A stretch of DNA of 63,893 nucleotides, the filler included, from Acetivibrio sp. (lineage in GTDB: Bacteria; Bacillota; Clostridia; Acetivibrionales; Acetivibrionaceae): the NCBI RefSeq assembly GCF_035371925.1. It is 6 parts of 6 records of this genome, joined end to end, with 100 filler letters (N's around TTAATTAATTAA, not from the genome) between each part and the next. Parts side by side here need not be neighbours in the genome. Positions count along the whole stretch, not along the records: positions 10,907 to 21,596 come from NZ_DAORXT010000095.1; 5 more parts are not named here. One strand, written 5' to 3'. The translations under genes and the position numbers were made by a program. Within the stretch, counting starts at the first letter, position 1. The number at the start of each line of letters is the position of its first letter. This document shows, in pieces, positions 10,907 to 20,690 of the stretch. The notes under the pieces were generated by a model. That model did not search any database. It saw nothing but the letters and a program-made list of their open reading frames with translations, and was not told where the DNA came from.

Positions 10907-10908
10907 AC

Positions 10909-11064
10909 GATAGTCCTTATGCCAATATCATTGCCGTTCGGGAAGAAGATTTGAATAATCCTGCCATTGTCGCTTTGGTAAAAGCTTTGCAGTCGGAAGA
11001 TGTCAGGCAGTACATCACGGATACTTATAACGGCGCAGTGATTCCTGCAAAGCTGGGCAATTAA
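10909..11064 (+). CDS. metQ: 3' fragment of a MetQ/NlpA methionine ABC substrate-binding lipoprotein
   Basis: Manual translation DSPYANIIAVREEDLNNPAIVALVKALQSEDVRQYITDTYNGAVIPAKLGN*. Confidence 0.8.
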   Translation, partial: DSPYANIIAVREEDLNNPAIVALVKALQSEDVRQYITDTYNGAVIPAKLGN

Positions 11065-11132
11065 CCGCTGTTTAAAAATCAACATACCTGGATTGAATTC
11101 CTATCCTTCATATAAAACATACATCTTCATAT

Positions 11133-11161
11133 AAAAAAGAGAGGTTATCCCTCTCTTTTTC
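11133..11161. terminator. Intrinsic terminator
   Basis: AAAAAAGAGAGG-TTAT-CCCTCTCTTTTTT after metQ. Confidence 0.75.
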
Positions 11162-11302
11162 AATTTGTAAAAACACTAATCCCATTAAAATTACTGTACT
11201 ATATCAAGTTTTTGAATATTGTAAATTCTTTTCAAGCAAGCCTCACTTCGCTTCCTGTTCATCAAGCCATTAGAAAGTTCGAACTAAGTTTTTTCTACCT
11301 TG

Positions 11303-11668
11303 TTATCTATCTGTCCAAGAATCAAATCTCGTTGATATTTGAGGATCATACAGAGGACAACCAAAATCAAATAAAATATCCATAAGAACGTTGATATCAG
11401 CCTCTTGCATATCATAGCAATCAAATCTTACTATTTGCGGAGTTGTAAAAATCTGAAACGCACCATACCCCTCTTTTTCAAAATACTTTCCACTATTTTG
11501 AATAGTCCAATCAGAAAAAGCAACGGCAATTTTCTTTAAAATATCATCAATCGGAAGAGTTTCAAGTTCTTCCATCAACTCTCCTTCACAACACGCCGTT
11601 TGATATACTTTTATATGGTCGCGTGCAAAGTTTTCTTTGTATCTCCAAAAATTCAAATCCACACTCAT
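11303..11668 (-). CDS. Hypothetical protein (121 aa)
   Basis: ATG ORF with upstream GGAGG. No recognised motif. Confidence 0.6.
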   Translation of the reverse strand: MSVDLNFWRYKENFARDHIKVYQTACCEGELMEELETLPIDDILKKIAVAFSDWTIQNSGKYFEKEGYGAFQIFTTPQIVRFDCYDMQEADINVLMDILFDFGCPLYDPQISTRFDSWTDR

Positions 11669-11750
11669 TGTAAAATTCCTCCATTTTAAATTAAATTTTT
11701 TGTGTATATTATAATTTTTTTGCAGGCTATTAGGTCTTTGAAATTCTAAA

Positions 11751-12254
11751 CTACATAGTTTTCCATAGTGCCATAGGATGATTTTCTATTCGCTTTATAA
11801 TCTCCGGATCATCAAATAATAACTGAGGTATATGTTTTTTCTTTTCAAAGTAATCAAGGAACTCTTTTTCTGAAGGTGTTAAAACCAGTAATTCGGCGAG
11901 ATAATCCTTTACAACCTTCTTCGCAGTTTCCAAATCGAAAGAATCCCGTTTATAGCCCCCGATTTCCATAAATCTCTCAAATGTCGTATTAATAATTTCC
12001 CTATTTTGAAGCATTTCATCTCTGCTGTCATTGATTAAATAATCAAGGTCAATGTCCACAGATAGCCTCGGTAGGTTAAAGATGGCCAGATTAATTGCAG
12101 TTCCACCTTTTAGCGCCAATTTACCTTTCAATTTTGGTTCTGTGTTTAGAAATTCAAGAATATCTGACAAACGATAAACCTTTTCCAAAGTGTCACGAGC
12201 AAATCCAAATTCAGAAGCTCTTTTTGAAATATAGCTTTTATCATATTTAAACAA
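11751..12254 (-). pseudogene. abiEii: AbiEii-family nucleotidyltransferase toxin, internally deleted
   Basis: LKGGTAINL...RLSVDIDL motif and C-terminal HPMALWK are present, but the ORF is only 167 aa and lacks the central K...RD(L)YD catalytic segment expected in the family. Confidence 0.7.
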
Positions 12255-13004
12255 GAGGGATTCCTCCTTGCTCAGTTATTTGAAAAAGATCTTCAGGAAC
12301 TACTAATCTCCATTTATTCAAATACTTTGTACTATCCTTCGTAAGATAGCGTGTGCTTTTCCCGATTTTATTCCTGCAATAAAATATAAATCCATCAGAT
12401 AACCGGAATTGGTCTTTAAAGTGTTCCATTAGAAAACCTGTCTTCTGATATAAAAACTGCAGGTTATATGCATCCAAATACTTGATTATTTCATTTTCAT
12501 TCAAGTATGGTATAGATTCTATGCAATTTAACAGCTCTTCAAGACATCCGATTTTTTCAAAGTCTTTTATACTGTCAACAACTGTACGTTCCAGTGAAGT
12601 GACCCGAATTCCCAGTGTATCTTTTGGCTCTATAACTCCACTTGATATTTTCGATGAAACATATTTGTAGGTTATCCCATTAAATTCAAAATCATCGAAG
12701 CGTTTTTCAGAAGAAACATAGATCTCATAAAACACCTGATTTGATATACCCATATATTCAAAAGCTGAATGATGCGAAAGATAAGCAGTATTATTGATGG
12801 CACAAGCTATGTGGTATTTAGTTGCTACAGGCTGTCCATCAGCCACATTGATACATGTATATAGATTATTTCTGATTTTCTTCACCAGACCTTTTTTGAC
12901 AAACGAAGAACTAGAGAAGATGCTGTCTTTTTGTTTCCGACAAGCTTGTATACATCCTCCATTGTGAAAGTATTTAATTTTACAAGCTGAATATAGCCTA
13001 CCAT
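12247..13004 (-). pseudogene. abiEi: AbiEi-family antitoxin / regulator with a frameshift in an A6 run
   Basis: ATG at 13004 with GAGGT RBS gives MVGYIQLVKLNTFTMEDVYKLVGNKKTASSLVLRLSKK. One extra A at ~12892-12897 joins it to GLVKKIRNNLY...YLSHHSAFEY...SLERTVVD (ORF 12247-12885). Confidence 0.7.
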
Positions 13005-13415
13005 TATAGGTACCTCTTTAATTTACGCTATAATTTCTTTAATTATAAAGGTGTTTTTTTATGTTTTAAATTTAATTATTAATATTACTTTAATTATATA
13101 CAATCTTTCTTTATGTGTAAAGAAATTTTTGTAAAAAATCAAGTAGAAAATGAGAAACACTATCCTTAATTTGGTCAATGCTTTAATTCTTAAAAATTTA
13201 ATATCTTGGACTGATTTATTTGAATTAGTCGTAAACTCATGCAAAAATATACCTCGATATGTTACCATTAACACATATCAAGGGCATATTCGAGTTGGCA
13301 GATTTGCCGAAACTCAGCATCTTCAAGGCTTTTTGAACTTTATTTTTTGGACATCCGTACCACACACTCCGCATAGCACAAATTGATTTCTGCAGACTTT
13401 TAGATATGCTGCCGG

Positions 13416-14180
13416 TTACAATTGCTTCTTTCTAAATATCACTACCGAAAGAAACACAAAAATCAATGAAAGCAGGCAGGAAATCATGATAGTGCTATAA
13501 AGAGAAGACGCCTCTATGAAATTCATGATTAATCCCATATTATCCGTCGCTAAAGAAATGGGGTTGTACCTATGCACATCGGGTATGATGTTCATAATCA
13601 TACAAACAACCACGAGGACACCTGTTATAAGCAGGCCTCCATAACTGTTTCCTGTTAATGTGGCTGAAATCAATAACGCCGACAGTAAAAACAAGCCAAA
13701 CAGCCATAGGCAAAACACAGAAAACAGAAGATTGGATGTTTCACCCTGCGGGAAAAGATACGCCGTATAACCGTAAGTCAGCCCGAAGCACAGGACAATA
13801 CTCATCGTCCATACCAAAACCATGCAGGTGTATTTTGAAAGAATGACCGCTGTTCTGGACAAGCCTTTTGTCAGCAAATTGATAAGGGTTCCCTTTGACA
13901 GTTCGGATGATAAAACCCCGCTAAACAGAATTACCATCACGATAAATCCCATTTGTGTCGCATTTTTGAAAAACTGCGCCCAGGCATCATAGGCCGATGG
14001 CTCCGGTAATGTTATGACTACACCGTCGGTTACAAAGCTTTTAACAATTTCAGGCATCAATTTTGCTATAAGGGGATTTGTGATTCCGAAAACCGCAAAA
14101 ACCATTAGCATAATGAATAGTTTATAGGTTTTTGTGTATTCAAAGAACTCTTTTTTCAAAAACGCCAAATAGCCTTTCAT
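13416..14180 (-). CDS. ABC-2 type permease (YxlG-like)
   Basis: KKEFFEY N-terminus, six TM helices, GTLINLLTKGLSR motif. Confidence 0.8.
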   Translation of the reverse strand: MKGYLAFLKKEFFEYTKTYKLFIMLMVFAVFGITNPLIAKLMPEIVKSFVTDGVVITLPEPSAYDAWAQFFKNATQMGFIVMVILFSGVLSSELSKGTLINLLTKGLSRTAVILSKYTCMVLVWTMSIVLCFGLTYGYTAYLFPQGETSNLLFSVFCLWLFGLFLLSALLISATLTGNSYGGLLITGVLVVVCMIMNIIPDVHRYNPISLATDNMGLIMNFIEASSLYSTIMISCLLSLIFVFLSVVIFRKKQL

Positions 14181-15094
14181 CGAACCACCTCCATAAACAA
14201 GCTTTCCAAAGTTGGTTCCATCACTGCGAATTTCAACGGAACAATACGCTTTTGCGATAGCACACCGAGCAGAAAATGCCCGTCCATATCTCCATCTTTC
14301 ATAAACACCTTTACAGTGCTTCCATCACGTGACAGACTGATTGACGGCTGCTTCAACTCTTCCGCATTTTCAAAACAGGAAGCTGCTTTTTCACTCTCGA
14401 ACTCAAGGACAAAACCGTGGAGCCTATGACGCTCCTTTATTTCAGAAAGTGTACCGCAAAGCGCAAGCTTTCCGTCATGCAATACGGCAATACGGTCGCA
14501 TATCCTTTCAACATCCGACAGGATATGGGTCGAAAATACGATGGTCGTCTTCCCTTTTGCCGCAAGCAAAATATCGAGTATTTCCTTCCTGCCGATTGGG
14601 TCAAGCGCTGATGTAGGTTCATCACAGATTAGGAGCTTTGGCTCATTGAGCAATGCCTGGGCAATGCCAAGGCGCTGCTTCATTCCTCTGGAAAACCCGC
14701 CAATTCTCTTCTTTTGGTCTTTCAGCCCCACAAGCTCCAGTAATTCCTCGCTTTTTGACTTGATTTGGGTCTTCGAAAGGCCGGCTATCTCACCGCACAG
14801 CTTCAAATATTCCATTGGATTCATGTACCCATAGAACTCCGGAACATCCGGAAGAAAACCTATGTGGCGGTTGGCTTTGGATTCGCCATACGTAACTTTT
14901 TCACCGCATACGGTTACAGAACCGCTGTCCGGCTTCAATAGCCCAAGAATAATTTTCATTGTTGTTGTTTTGCCAGCACCGTTCTGCCCGACAAATCCGA
15001 ATATAGAATGCTCGGGGACATCCATATCCAATCCCTTCAACACCTCATGGTGCCCAAAGCTCTTATAAAGCTGTCTGATTTCCAAGACACCCAT
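14177..15094 (-). CDS. ABC transporter ATP-binding protein (YxlF-like)
   Basis: GQNGAGKT, FSRGMKQR, LLICDEP, STH. Confidence 0.9.
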   Translation of the reverse strand: MGVLEIRQLYKSFGHHEVLKGLDMDVPEHSIFGFVGQNGAGKTTTMKIILGLLKPDSGSVTVCGEKVTYGESKANRHIGFLPDVPEFYGYMNPMEYLKLCGEIAGLSKTQIKSKSEELLELVGLKDQKKRIGGFSRGMKQRLGIAQALLNEPKLLICDEPTSALDPIGRKEILDILLAAKGKTTIVFSTHILSDVERICDRIAVLHDGKLALCGTLSEIKERHRLHGFVLEFESEKAASCFENAEELKQPSISLSRDGSTVKVFMKDGDMDGHFLLGVLSQKRIVPLKFAVMEPTLESLFMEVVR

Positions 15095-15301
15095 TTATTC
15101 CTCACCTCTACCGAAAGCAAAGTATATTGCCGGACCGATAAACTGTATAAACAGAACGATCAAAACCCACATTACTTTATTTCCGAAACGGTAACGGGGA
15201 TGGCGCAACACATGTACAAGTGCAGTAATAGCAAGTGCATACTGCGCGATCACCAACGGAATAAGAAACGGTAAATATTCTTTCAACGTAGCCAAATCCA
15301 T
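15095..15301 (-). CDS. PLDc N-terminal-domain small membrane protein (YxlE-like)
   Basis: 68 aa, ALVHVLRH...KVMWVLIVLFIQFIGPAIYF. Confidence 0.75.
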   Translation of the reverse strand: MDLATLKEYLPFLIPLVIAQYALAITALVHVLRHPRYRFGNKVMWVLIVLFIQFIGPAIYFAFGRGEE

Positions 15302-15341
15302 GATTCATTCCTCCTTTAATAAGGTCTTGATTTCATTTCTT

Positions 15342-16475
15342 TCATAATGCGTCCTGTTGATAACAATTATTTTTCAGTTTTTCTGCAACCCTCTTAAACC
15401 GGATTTCATCAGACAATGTTGAAAACACAGGGTTATTGATGACTCCGTCGGCCATGCTTTTACGTATAATTTTTTCATTTCTTGGAGGAGCATTTCCTAA
15501 ATCGAGCTCCTCAATCCACAGATCTATCAAATTAAAATATTCGTCTCCTTTTAACTTCAACGGATAAATATCACCGGTGACAAGCTCTGCATATCTTTCA
15601 AGAATCTCAAGAGCTTTTTCTTTACTCCCAAGCATCATACACCCTTGGGCAGCAACGATGTAGAGCTTCATGAGAAACGACGGATGAAGGTTTTTTAAGT
15701 TAAAAGCCTCAGCAATGTCATTTGCACGCTTCAGCGTTTTATCAAACTGTTCGGAGTTGTCTGTACAAAGCATAAGATAATCCGTTAATGCACTAAAGAG
15801 ATTACACATGTGCTGATATATAGCAACTTGCAATGTCATTTTGGCTTCTTTCGATTTACCAACCATTTGATAAGCTGAAGCAAGAAGCGTTTCACTGGAA
15901 ATGATTTTCTTTCTTGTTCCCTCCAAAAGCTCAATTACTTCATTTGGATTTCCCAGCATCAACGCGCAGCATGCCTCCATATACAAGGAAAGCTGCACAA
16001 GCTCCGCATCTTCACTTTCTGTTTTTACCCGAACAAACAGCTCTTTTGCTTCCGCAAGCACAGAAAGGGTTTTTTCCTTGTCTCCCGATTCCGTGCTGTT
16101 GTTTACAAGCAGCGCTCCAATGTGGAATAACAGGGGAAAGCAAGAGAAATACTTTTTAGCAATTTCACGGCAACAATCCAATACTTCATCAAAAGGTTTG
16201 GAAGCAAAATCGGCTGATAATTTCACGTACAATTTACGGATATCATCTTTACTCATTTGCGGTTCATAACCCATGAGCTCATCAATGCTTATATTAAAAA
16301 GTGTAGCAAGCTGCGGCAGAAAAGTAATGTCAGGATAACTCTGGCCGGTTTCCCATTTTGAAACCGAAGCCTTGGACACGCCAATGTAATTTGCAAGGTC
16401 TTCCTGCGTCAGCCCCTTCTCTCGCCGCATTTTAACGATGGTTCTGGCAATATTGATTTCTTTCATCTTCATCAC
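15342..16475 (-). CDS. XRE-family regulator with a long helical C-terminal domain
   Basis: LTQEDLANYIGVSKASVSKWETGQSYPD helix-turn-helix plus ~300 aa of predicted helical sequence. Confidence 0.85.
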   Translation of the reverse strand: MMKMKEINIARTIVKMRREKGLTQEDLANYIGVSKASVSKWETGQSYPDITFLPQLATLFNISIDELMGYEPQMSKDDIRKLYVKLSADFASKPFDEVLDCCREIAKKYFSCFPLLFHIGALLVNNSTESGDKEKTLSVLAEAKELFVRVKTESEDAELVQLSLYMEACCALMLGNPNEVIELLEGTRKKIISSETLLASAYQMVGKSKEAKMTLQVAIYQHMCNLFSALTDYLMLCTDNSEQFDKTLKRANDIAEAFNLKNLHPSFLMKLYIVAAQGCMMLGSKEKALEILERYAELVTGDIYPLKLKGDEYFNLIDLWIEELDLGNAPPRNEKIIRKSMADGVINNPVFSTLSDEIRFKRVAEKLKNNCYQQDAL

Positions 16476-16592
16476 CCACTTTTATTATACCCTTCTATCA
16501 AATCATACCTCAATGGATTTATGGTTAATATAAGGTGATAAAATCAACCGTAGGGAAACTTTTTTTATAATCAAACCTTTCAGTATTATAAG

Positions 16593-16644
16593 AAGAGAGT
16601 ATCACAGGCTGCTTTAGGGAGCAATTTGCGATACTCTCTTTTTT
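16593..16644. terminator. Long hairpin downstream of the lectin-mosaic gene
   Basis: AAGAGAGTATCACA...TGCGATACTCTCTTTTTT. Confidence 0.55.
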
Positions 16645-16687
16645 CAGTATTTAATGCTTAAAAAGTTTTGCACTATGAAATTACGGT

Positions 16688-18919
16688 TTATGGTATCCTT
16701 TCAAAGATATAGGCCTGACTTGCATCGGAAGCTTCTGTCCAAAGTATGATATTGGTGCCGTTTTTCATATTTGCACCGGAGATACCTGCATAAAACCCTT
16801 TGCTGTCCATGATTCTGTAAGTTCCGTTTTCCTGTTTTATTATTGTAAAGATTGAAGCAGAATCGGACTGGGTGAGTACCGCGCCCTTCGACCCACTACT
16901 ATTCCACCACTTGCCGGAATGAACACACTGTATTCTATATTGATTGCCACTTACATTGGTGATTCTGAACTTTTGATTATCATTACCGGTTTTAGTATAA
17001 ATAATAAGCTTTGCGCCATTCTCTTTACTTGAATTGGGTACATCTATGGCAAAGTTTTTGTCTTTTGAAGCTTTGATATAGTAAATTCCATCTTCCAACT
17101 TCTCGCTGCCGGTCATTGCATCGGTGGAGGGATTTGCTTCCGGTGCTACCCCCGTATAAGCCACACCGGGCTGAATAACCGCCTGTTTTGTCTCGCTATC
17201 CCAATACACATTGAACTGTGATGCCGTCCCGGAAAGCTTCTTAGCAAACTCACGGAGCTGAATGTAGTTCGTACCTCCGTCAATAAGCCGTGCGTCGGAA
17301 AAGGTAAATACTTCGTCATTCAGCTTGAATTTCGTATCACTAATATGGACATTGGTTGTACTTTGAAGCTTGGTTTCGGTAACTGTGCCACTATAGGGCT
17401 TGCCGGGTTCAATCACGGCATACTGTCCATCCCAGCCTACATCAAACTGGGCAGCAGTGCCATTGAGCATTGCTGCAATGGCGCGGAGCTGCAAGTAATT
17501 GGTCCCGTTTATGGTGTACGCCGCTGTAACGGATACGGGCTGGCCGTTCATGACGAAACTTGTCTTACTGGGTGTGGCAGTGGCCGGCAACTCCTTCCAC
17601 CGTGAAAAAGAAGTTGATGCATTACCTTCATAGTAGACATAGAAGGCACAATTGTCAGGAAGAGAGGTTGAGGCATCAAACCATATGATGATAGGTGTAC
17701 CGTCCGCCGATTTCCATTCGGAAGCATTGACCAACAGGTTCGGAAAGTCGGGTGGATAAATCTTGTACTTACTGCCTTCAGCGAAGGGTCCATCGATAGC
17801 CCATAGAAACTCCGTATCTTGCGTGATGAGTTGTTTTCCATTTGTCGGTACATTTCCGGAAAGGGCAAGATACTTTCCGTCCATCGTCTGAATCGTATAC
17901 AGCATCATCATTTCTTCAAACTGGTTCGTACGGCTTCCCTTGTAGGTGAACTTAAAACGTTCTGCTTTTGCGCTGCTAAGCTCGGCCTTACCCTCTGCGT
18001 TAATGGCCACACGGGGATTTTGCCCCATCACCGACGCAATGGTATAAACACCGTCTATTATACCTATCACGCTTTCCTTTGCTCTTCCATTGTCTATGGC
18101 CCACTTTGCCTCATAAAAAGTATCAGCTTCCATCATCCAATTGTAAGTTTTTTGACACAGGAATATGGCTTGTTCTCTCGTAATCTTTGCATTTGGGCTG
18201 GTGTCACCGCCAACACCAAAGCTATCAATTGTCGCTTTGGTAAATTCCTTTTTCCTGTATTCCCCTCCCTCATATTTTACGATCTTAATCAGAGCATCGG
18301 TAAATTCCTTATAGGTTGCATAATCATTGGTTCTATACTTTTCTGCAGGAACAATGCCCCAATACAGAAGACGACTTATTTGAAACCATGCGTAGTGTTC
18401 GTCCTCCTCCTTGCCCATAAGCTCATCCACACGCACATCAGAAATTACTCCTTTGAGGGTGAACTGCACTTGCCAACTTCCGCGTTTTTTTATCATGATG
18501 TCATCGACCAGCAGCATGGCCATTTCCCCACGAGTGATAGGGTCCCTGAAGTTTGCTGCATTGGTAAACCAATCTGTCATACCAGGATGACCATATATAT
18601 ATGCCTCTACTGCTTCCTGCGCCCATCCGGAGCATCTGTAATCCTCAATCTGCAATTTTTCCAGATTGCTCACCTTCGTGTAGTAGTTGTAGCCCTTATA
18701 TTCAAACTTGGCATAGTCTCCTTCAATCGACGTCACCATCACGTTCGTCCCGTATGGGAGAATCCCACTGGGAGCAGTATCCGGATAGGGACTGAATTCG
18801 GCTTGGAACTTTACGACACGATAAAGTGCATTAACGGTCACTGCCGATGCCGGTACCGGCAGTAGGGCTAATGCCGTATATAGGATAAGTATGACGCATA
18901 AAAATCCTTTTTTCATCAT
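16688..18919 (-). CDS. Secreted mosaic surface protein: SH3-like, SLH-like, two ricin-B lectin modules and two stalk-like repeats
   Basis: Signal peptide (PASA); ITRGEMA and ITREQA SLH-like motifs; DGIYYIKA...AIDV...NGAKLIIY...NQKF ricin pattern; duplicated GTNY(L/I)QLR...QF(D/N)V.WD repeat. Confidence 0.65.
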   Translation of the reverse strand: MMKKGFLCVILILYTALALLPVPASAVTVNALYRVVKFQAEFSPYPDTAPSGILPYGTNVMVTSIEGDYAKFEYKGYNYYTKVSNLEKLQIEDYRCSGWAQEAVEAYIYGHPGMTDWFTNAANFRDPITRGEMAMLLVDDIMIKKRGSWQVQFTLKGVISDVRVDELMGKEEDEHYAWFQISRLLYWGIVPAEKYRTNDYATYKEFTDALIKIVKYEGGEYRKKEFTKATIDSFGVGGDTSPNAKITREQAIFLCQKTYNWMMEADTFYEAKWAIDNGRAKESVIGIIDGVYTIASVMGQNPRVAINAEGKAELSSAKAERFKFTYKGSRTNQFEEMMMLYTIQTMDGKYLALSGNVPTNGKQLITQDTEFLWAIDGPFAEGSKYKIYPPDFPNLLVNASEWKSADGTPIIIWFDASTSLPDNCAFYVYYEGNASTSFSRWKELPATATPSKTSFVMNGQPVSVTAAYTINGTNYLQLRAIAAMLNGTAAQFDVGWDGQYAVIEPGKPYSGTVTETKLQSTTNVHISDTKFKLNDEVFTFSDARLIDGGTNYIQLREFAKKLSGTASQFNVYWDSETKQAVIQPGVAYTGVAPEANPSTDAMTGSEKLEDGIYYIKASKDKNFAIDVPNSSKENGAKLIIYTKTGNDNQKFRITNVSGNQYRIQCVHSGKWWNSSGSKGAVLTQSDSASIFTIIKQENGTYRIMDSKGFYAGISGANMKNGTNIILWTEASDASQAYIFERIP

Positions 18920-19149
18920 ATAATTCCTCCTTGAAATGCCATTATTGGAATAACAATTATCATTTTATTTTATCAAAACTTTCTACCCAAGAACCGTTTA
19001 CTGCATAAAACACGTTTATTTTTGCATAAAATATGTTATTTAGGCTCGCAAACTATTTTATCTAAATTTCAAAATAGGTTTAAGAACAACTTTTATGCGG
19101 CCTATATACTCTTTTTGAGTCTTCTCATCAATTTTTTCAATAGGACCTA

Positions 19150-19440
19150 CTATTTGTTCCCCGAAATTTCTTCTTTTGGTATTTGCCCGCGTATAGCGGC
19201 AGTCCCCGGAGTGTAGGGCATTTCCAAACGTTTTATCGAATTTGATTTCCCTTTTAAATCCTTAGGATCCCAAGTTAGATTCTCCTCCGACATAGCGATG
19301 GGAAGTTCGAACTCAACACTTTTCAAAGAAATGTGAATAGCAGACACCCAGGAATCCTTAGCCCCTCGTGTCTCATCTATAAAGGTAAGGCTTTTTTGGC
19401 CTTCATGCTGAAGCAGTATCAATAAGTCGTGAATATGCAT
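19150..19440 (-). CDS. Hypothetical protein (~96 aa)
   Basis: ATG at 19440 preceded by GAGGCG. No motif recognised. Confidence 0.3.
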   Translation of the reverse strand: MHIHDLLILLQHEGQKSLTFIDETRGAKDSWVSAIHISLKSVEFELPIAMSEENLTWDPKDLKGKSNSIKRLEMPYTPGTAAIRGQIPKEEISGNK

Positions 19441-19499
19441 ATTACGCCTCGTTACCCCTACAAAACCTGAAAACCGCATAGTTTTTTCCCATAAACCAT

Positions 19500-19528
19500 T
19501 TGACAAACATATCCATAAATGCTAAACT
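19500..19528 (+). promoter_or_regulatory. sigmaA promoter of the erm leader
   Basis: TTGACA (19500-05), 17-bp spacer, TGc-TAAACT (19523-28). Confidence 0.75.
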
Positions 19529-19565
19529 ATAATTTGATTTTATATTTGGAGGCTAGTATATATCT

Positions 19566-19595
19566 ATGTATGGTATTTTTCGTATTCGTAAATAA
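19566..19595 (+). CDS. Putative erm leader peptide MYGIFRIRK
   Basis: Manual translation; GGAGG at 19548-52 is 13 nt upstream, which is a long spacing. Contains the R-I-R (+X+) macrolide-arrest motif. Confidence 0.55.
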   Translation: MYGIFRIRK

Positions 19596-19654
19596 GGGTG
19601 CACAGAACGAAAGATAGCTCATAGCAGCATCTTTGTTTTTGTGCGCCTTTTTTT
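19594..19654 (+). terminator. Attenuator hairpin with T-tract upstream of erm
   Basis: AAGGGTGCACAGAACGAAAGAT (19594-615) pairs with ATCTTTGTTTTTGTGCGCCTTT (19629-650), followed by further Ts. Confidence 0.65.
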
Positions 19655-19687
19655 CGTTTACGAAAAAGCGAAAGAGGTGTATTTTTT

Positions 19688-20476
19688 ATGCCCCGAAACA
19701 GAAAAAAAGGGAAAACTCCGCCCATTTGGGTATCTCAAAACTTTTTAACAAGTTACAAAACTATCAGCAGAATTATTCACAGAACAACCCTTAACAACAA
19801 TGATCATGTTATTGAAATTGGTCCGGGAAAGGGTCATATAACAGGTTTCTTGACAAAAAGATGCCGGAATGTTTCGGTAATTGAAATTGACGATCGTCTA
19901 TATAATAAATTGACAGCAAAATTCAAAAACATCAAAAATATCCGTATATATCATCAGGACTTTTTGAAATGGAAGCTTCCTAAATATGAAGATTATAAAG
20001 TTTTTTCAAACATCCCCTTTTGCTTCACTACGGATATTATGCGAAAATTGACGGAATGCAAAAACGCACCTTCTGAAGCATGGCTTACCATGGAAAAAGG
20101 CGCAGCCAAACGTTTTATGGGTAAGCCTTCAGAATCATTGCGTTCCCTGCTTATAAAGCCCAAGTTCGATTTAGATATTGCTTACTATTTCAGCAGGGAG
20201 GATTTTCATCCCAAACCAAGCGTTGATATAGTGCTTCTCCACCTTAAGAAAAAGAGCCAACCGGATATCCCCGCAAACCAGTGGTTTGCATATGAACAAT
20301 TTGCTTCAAAGGCACTAGAATATGGATTCCGCAGTCTTTTTACAAGCAAGCAGTTATCTAAGGCATTCCATCAGGCTGGTATTCAAAATAAAAATACTAC
20401 TCCTGCAGAGATTCTTTATGTTCAGTGGCTTTGCCTTTTCCAATGCTACTGGGAACATGTACTAGGCAGAAAATAA
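19688..20476 (+). CDS. erm: 23S rRNA adenine-N6 methyltransferase, Erm(Q)-like
   Basis: SQNFL, VIEIGPGKGHIT, VFSNIPF, MEKGAAKRFMG and FSREDFHPKPSVD. The order and content of motifs resemble Erm(Q) as I recall it, more than KsgA. Confidence 0.8.
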   Translation: MPRNRKKGKTPPIWVSQNFLTSYKTISRIIHRTTLNNNDHVIEIGPGKGHITGFLTKRCRNVSVIEIDDRLYNKLTAKFKNIKNIRIYHQDFLKWKLPKYEDYKVFSNIPFCFTTDIMRKLTECKNAPSEAWLTMEKGAAKRFMGKPSESLRSLLIKPKFDLDIAYYFSREDFHPKPSVDIVLLHLKKKSQPDIPANQWFAYEQFASKALEYGFRSLFTSKQLSKAFHQAGIQNKNTTPAEILYVQWLCLFQCYWEHVLGRK

Positions 20477-20690
20477 TTTTAGCGGCTCATTATCCTTCAA
20501 ATGTCCACCGGATCTCGCACACATGCGCGACCCATCCGGTGGAAACCAAGCCGCCTTCAGGCAAATGGAAATCAAATCATGCAAAATTATGGCAATATAC
20601 AATTTGGGAAACACTCACTAATACTGCTAAACGTATTCCCAAACAGTTTAGCATAGCTTAAATATTTACTCCGGTACTATACTACTTCCA

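Noticed and set aside
11106..11136. Tandem CTTCATATAAAA as an island attachment site
   Set aside because: Short and AT-rich, with no partner copy found at the other end of the island and no integrase.
13059..13386. Short ORFs and a hairpin at 13292-13315
   Set aside because: No RBS or recognisable motif; the hairpin is imperfect and cannot be assigned.
17819..18865. 348-aa plus-strand ORF
   Set aside because: Antisense shadow of the 743-aa surface protein, with no protein-like motifs.
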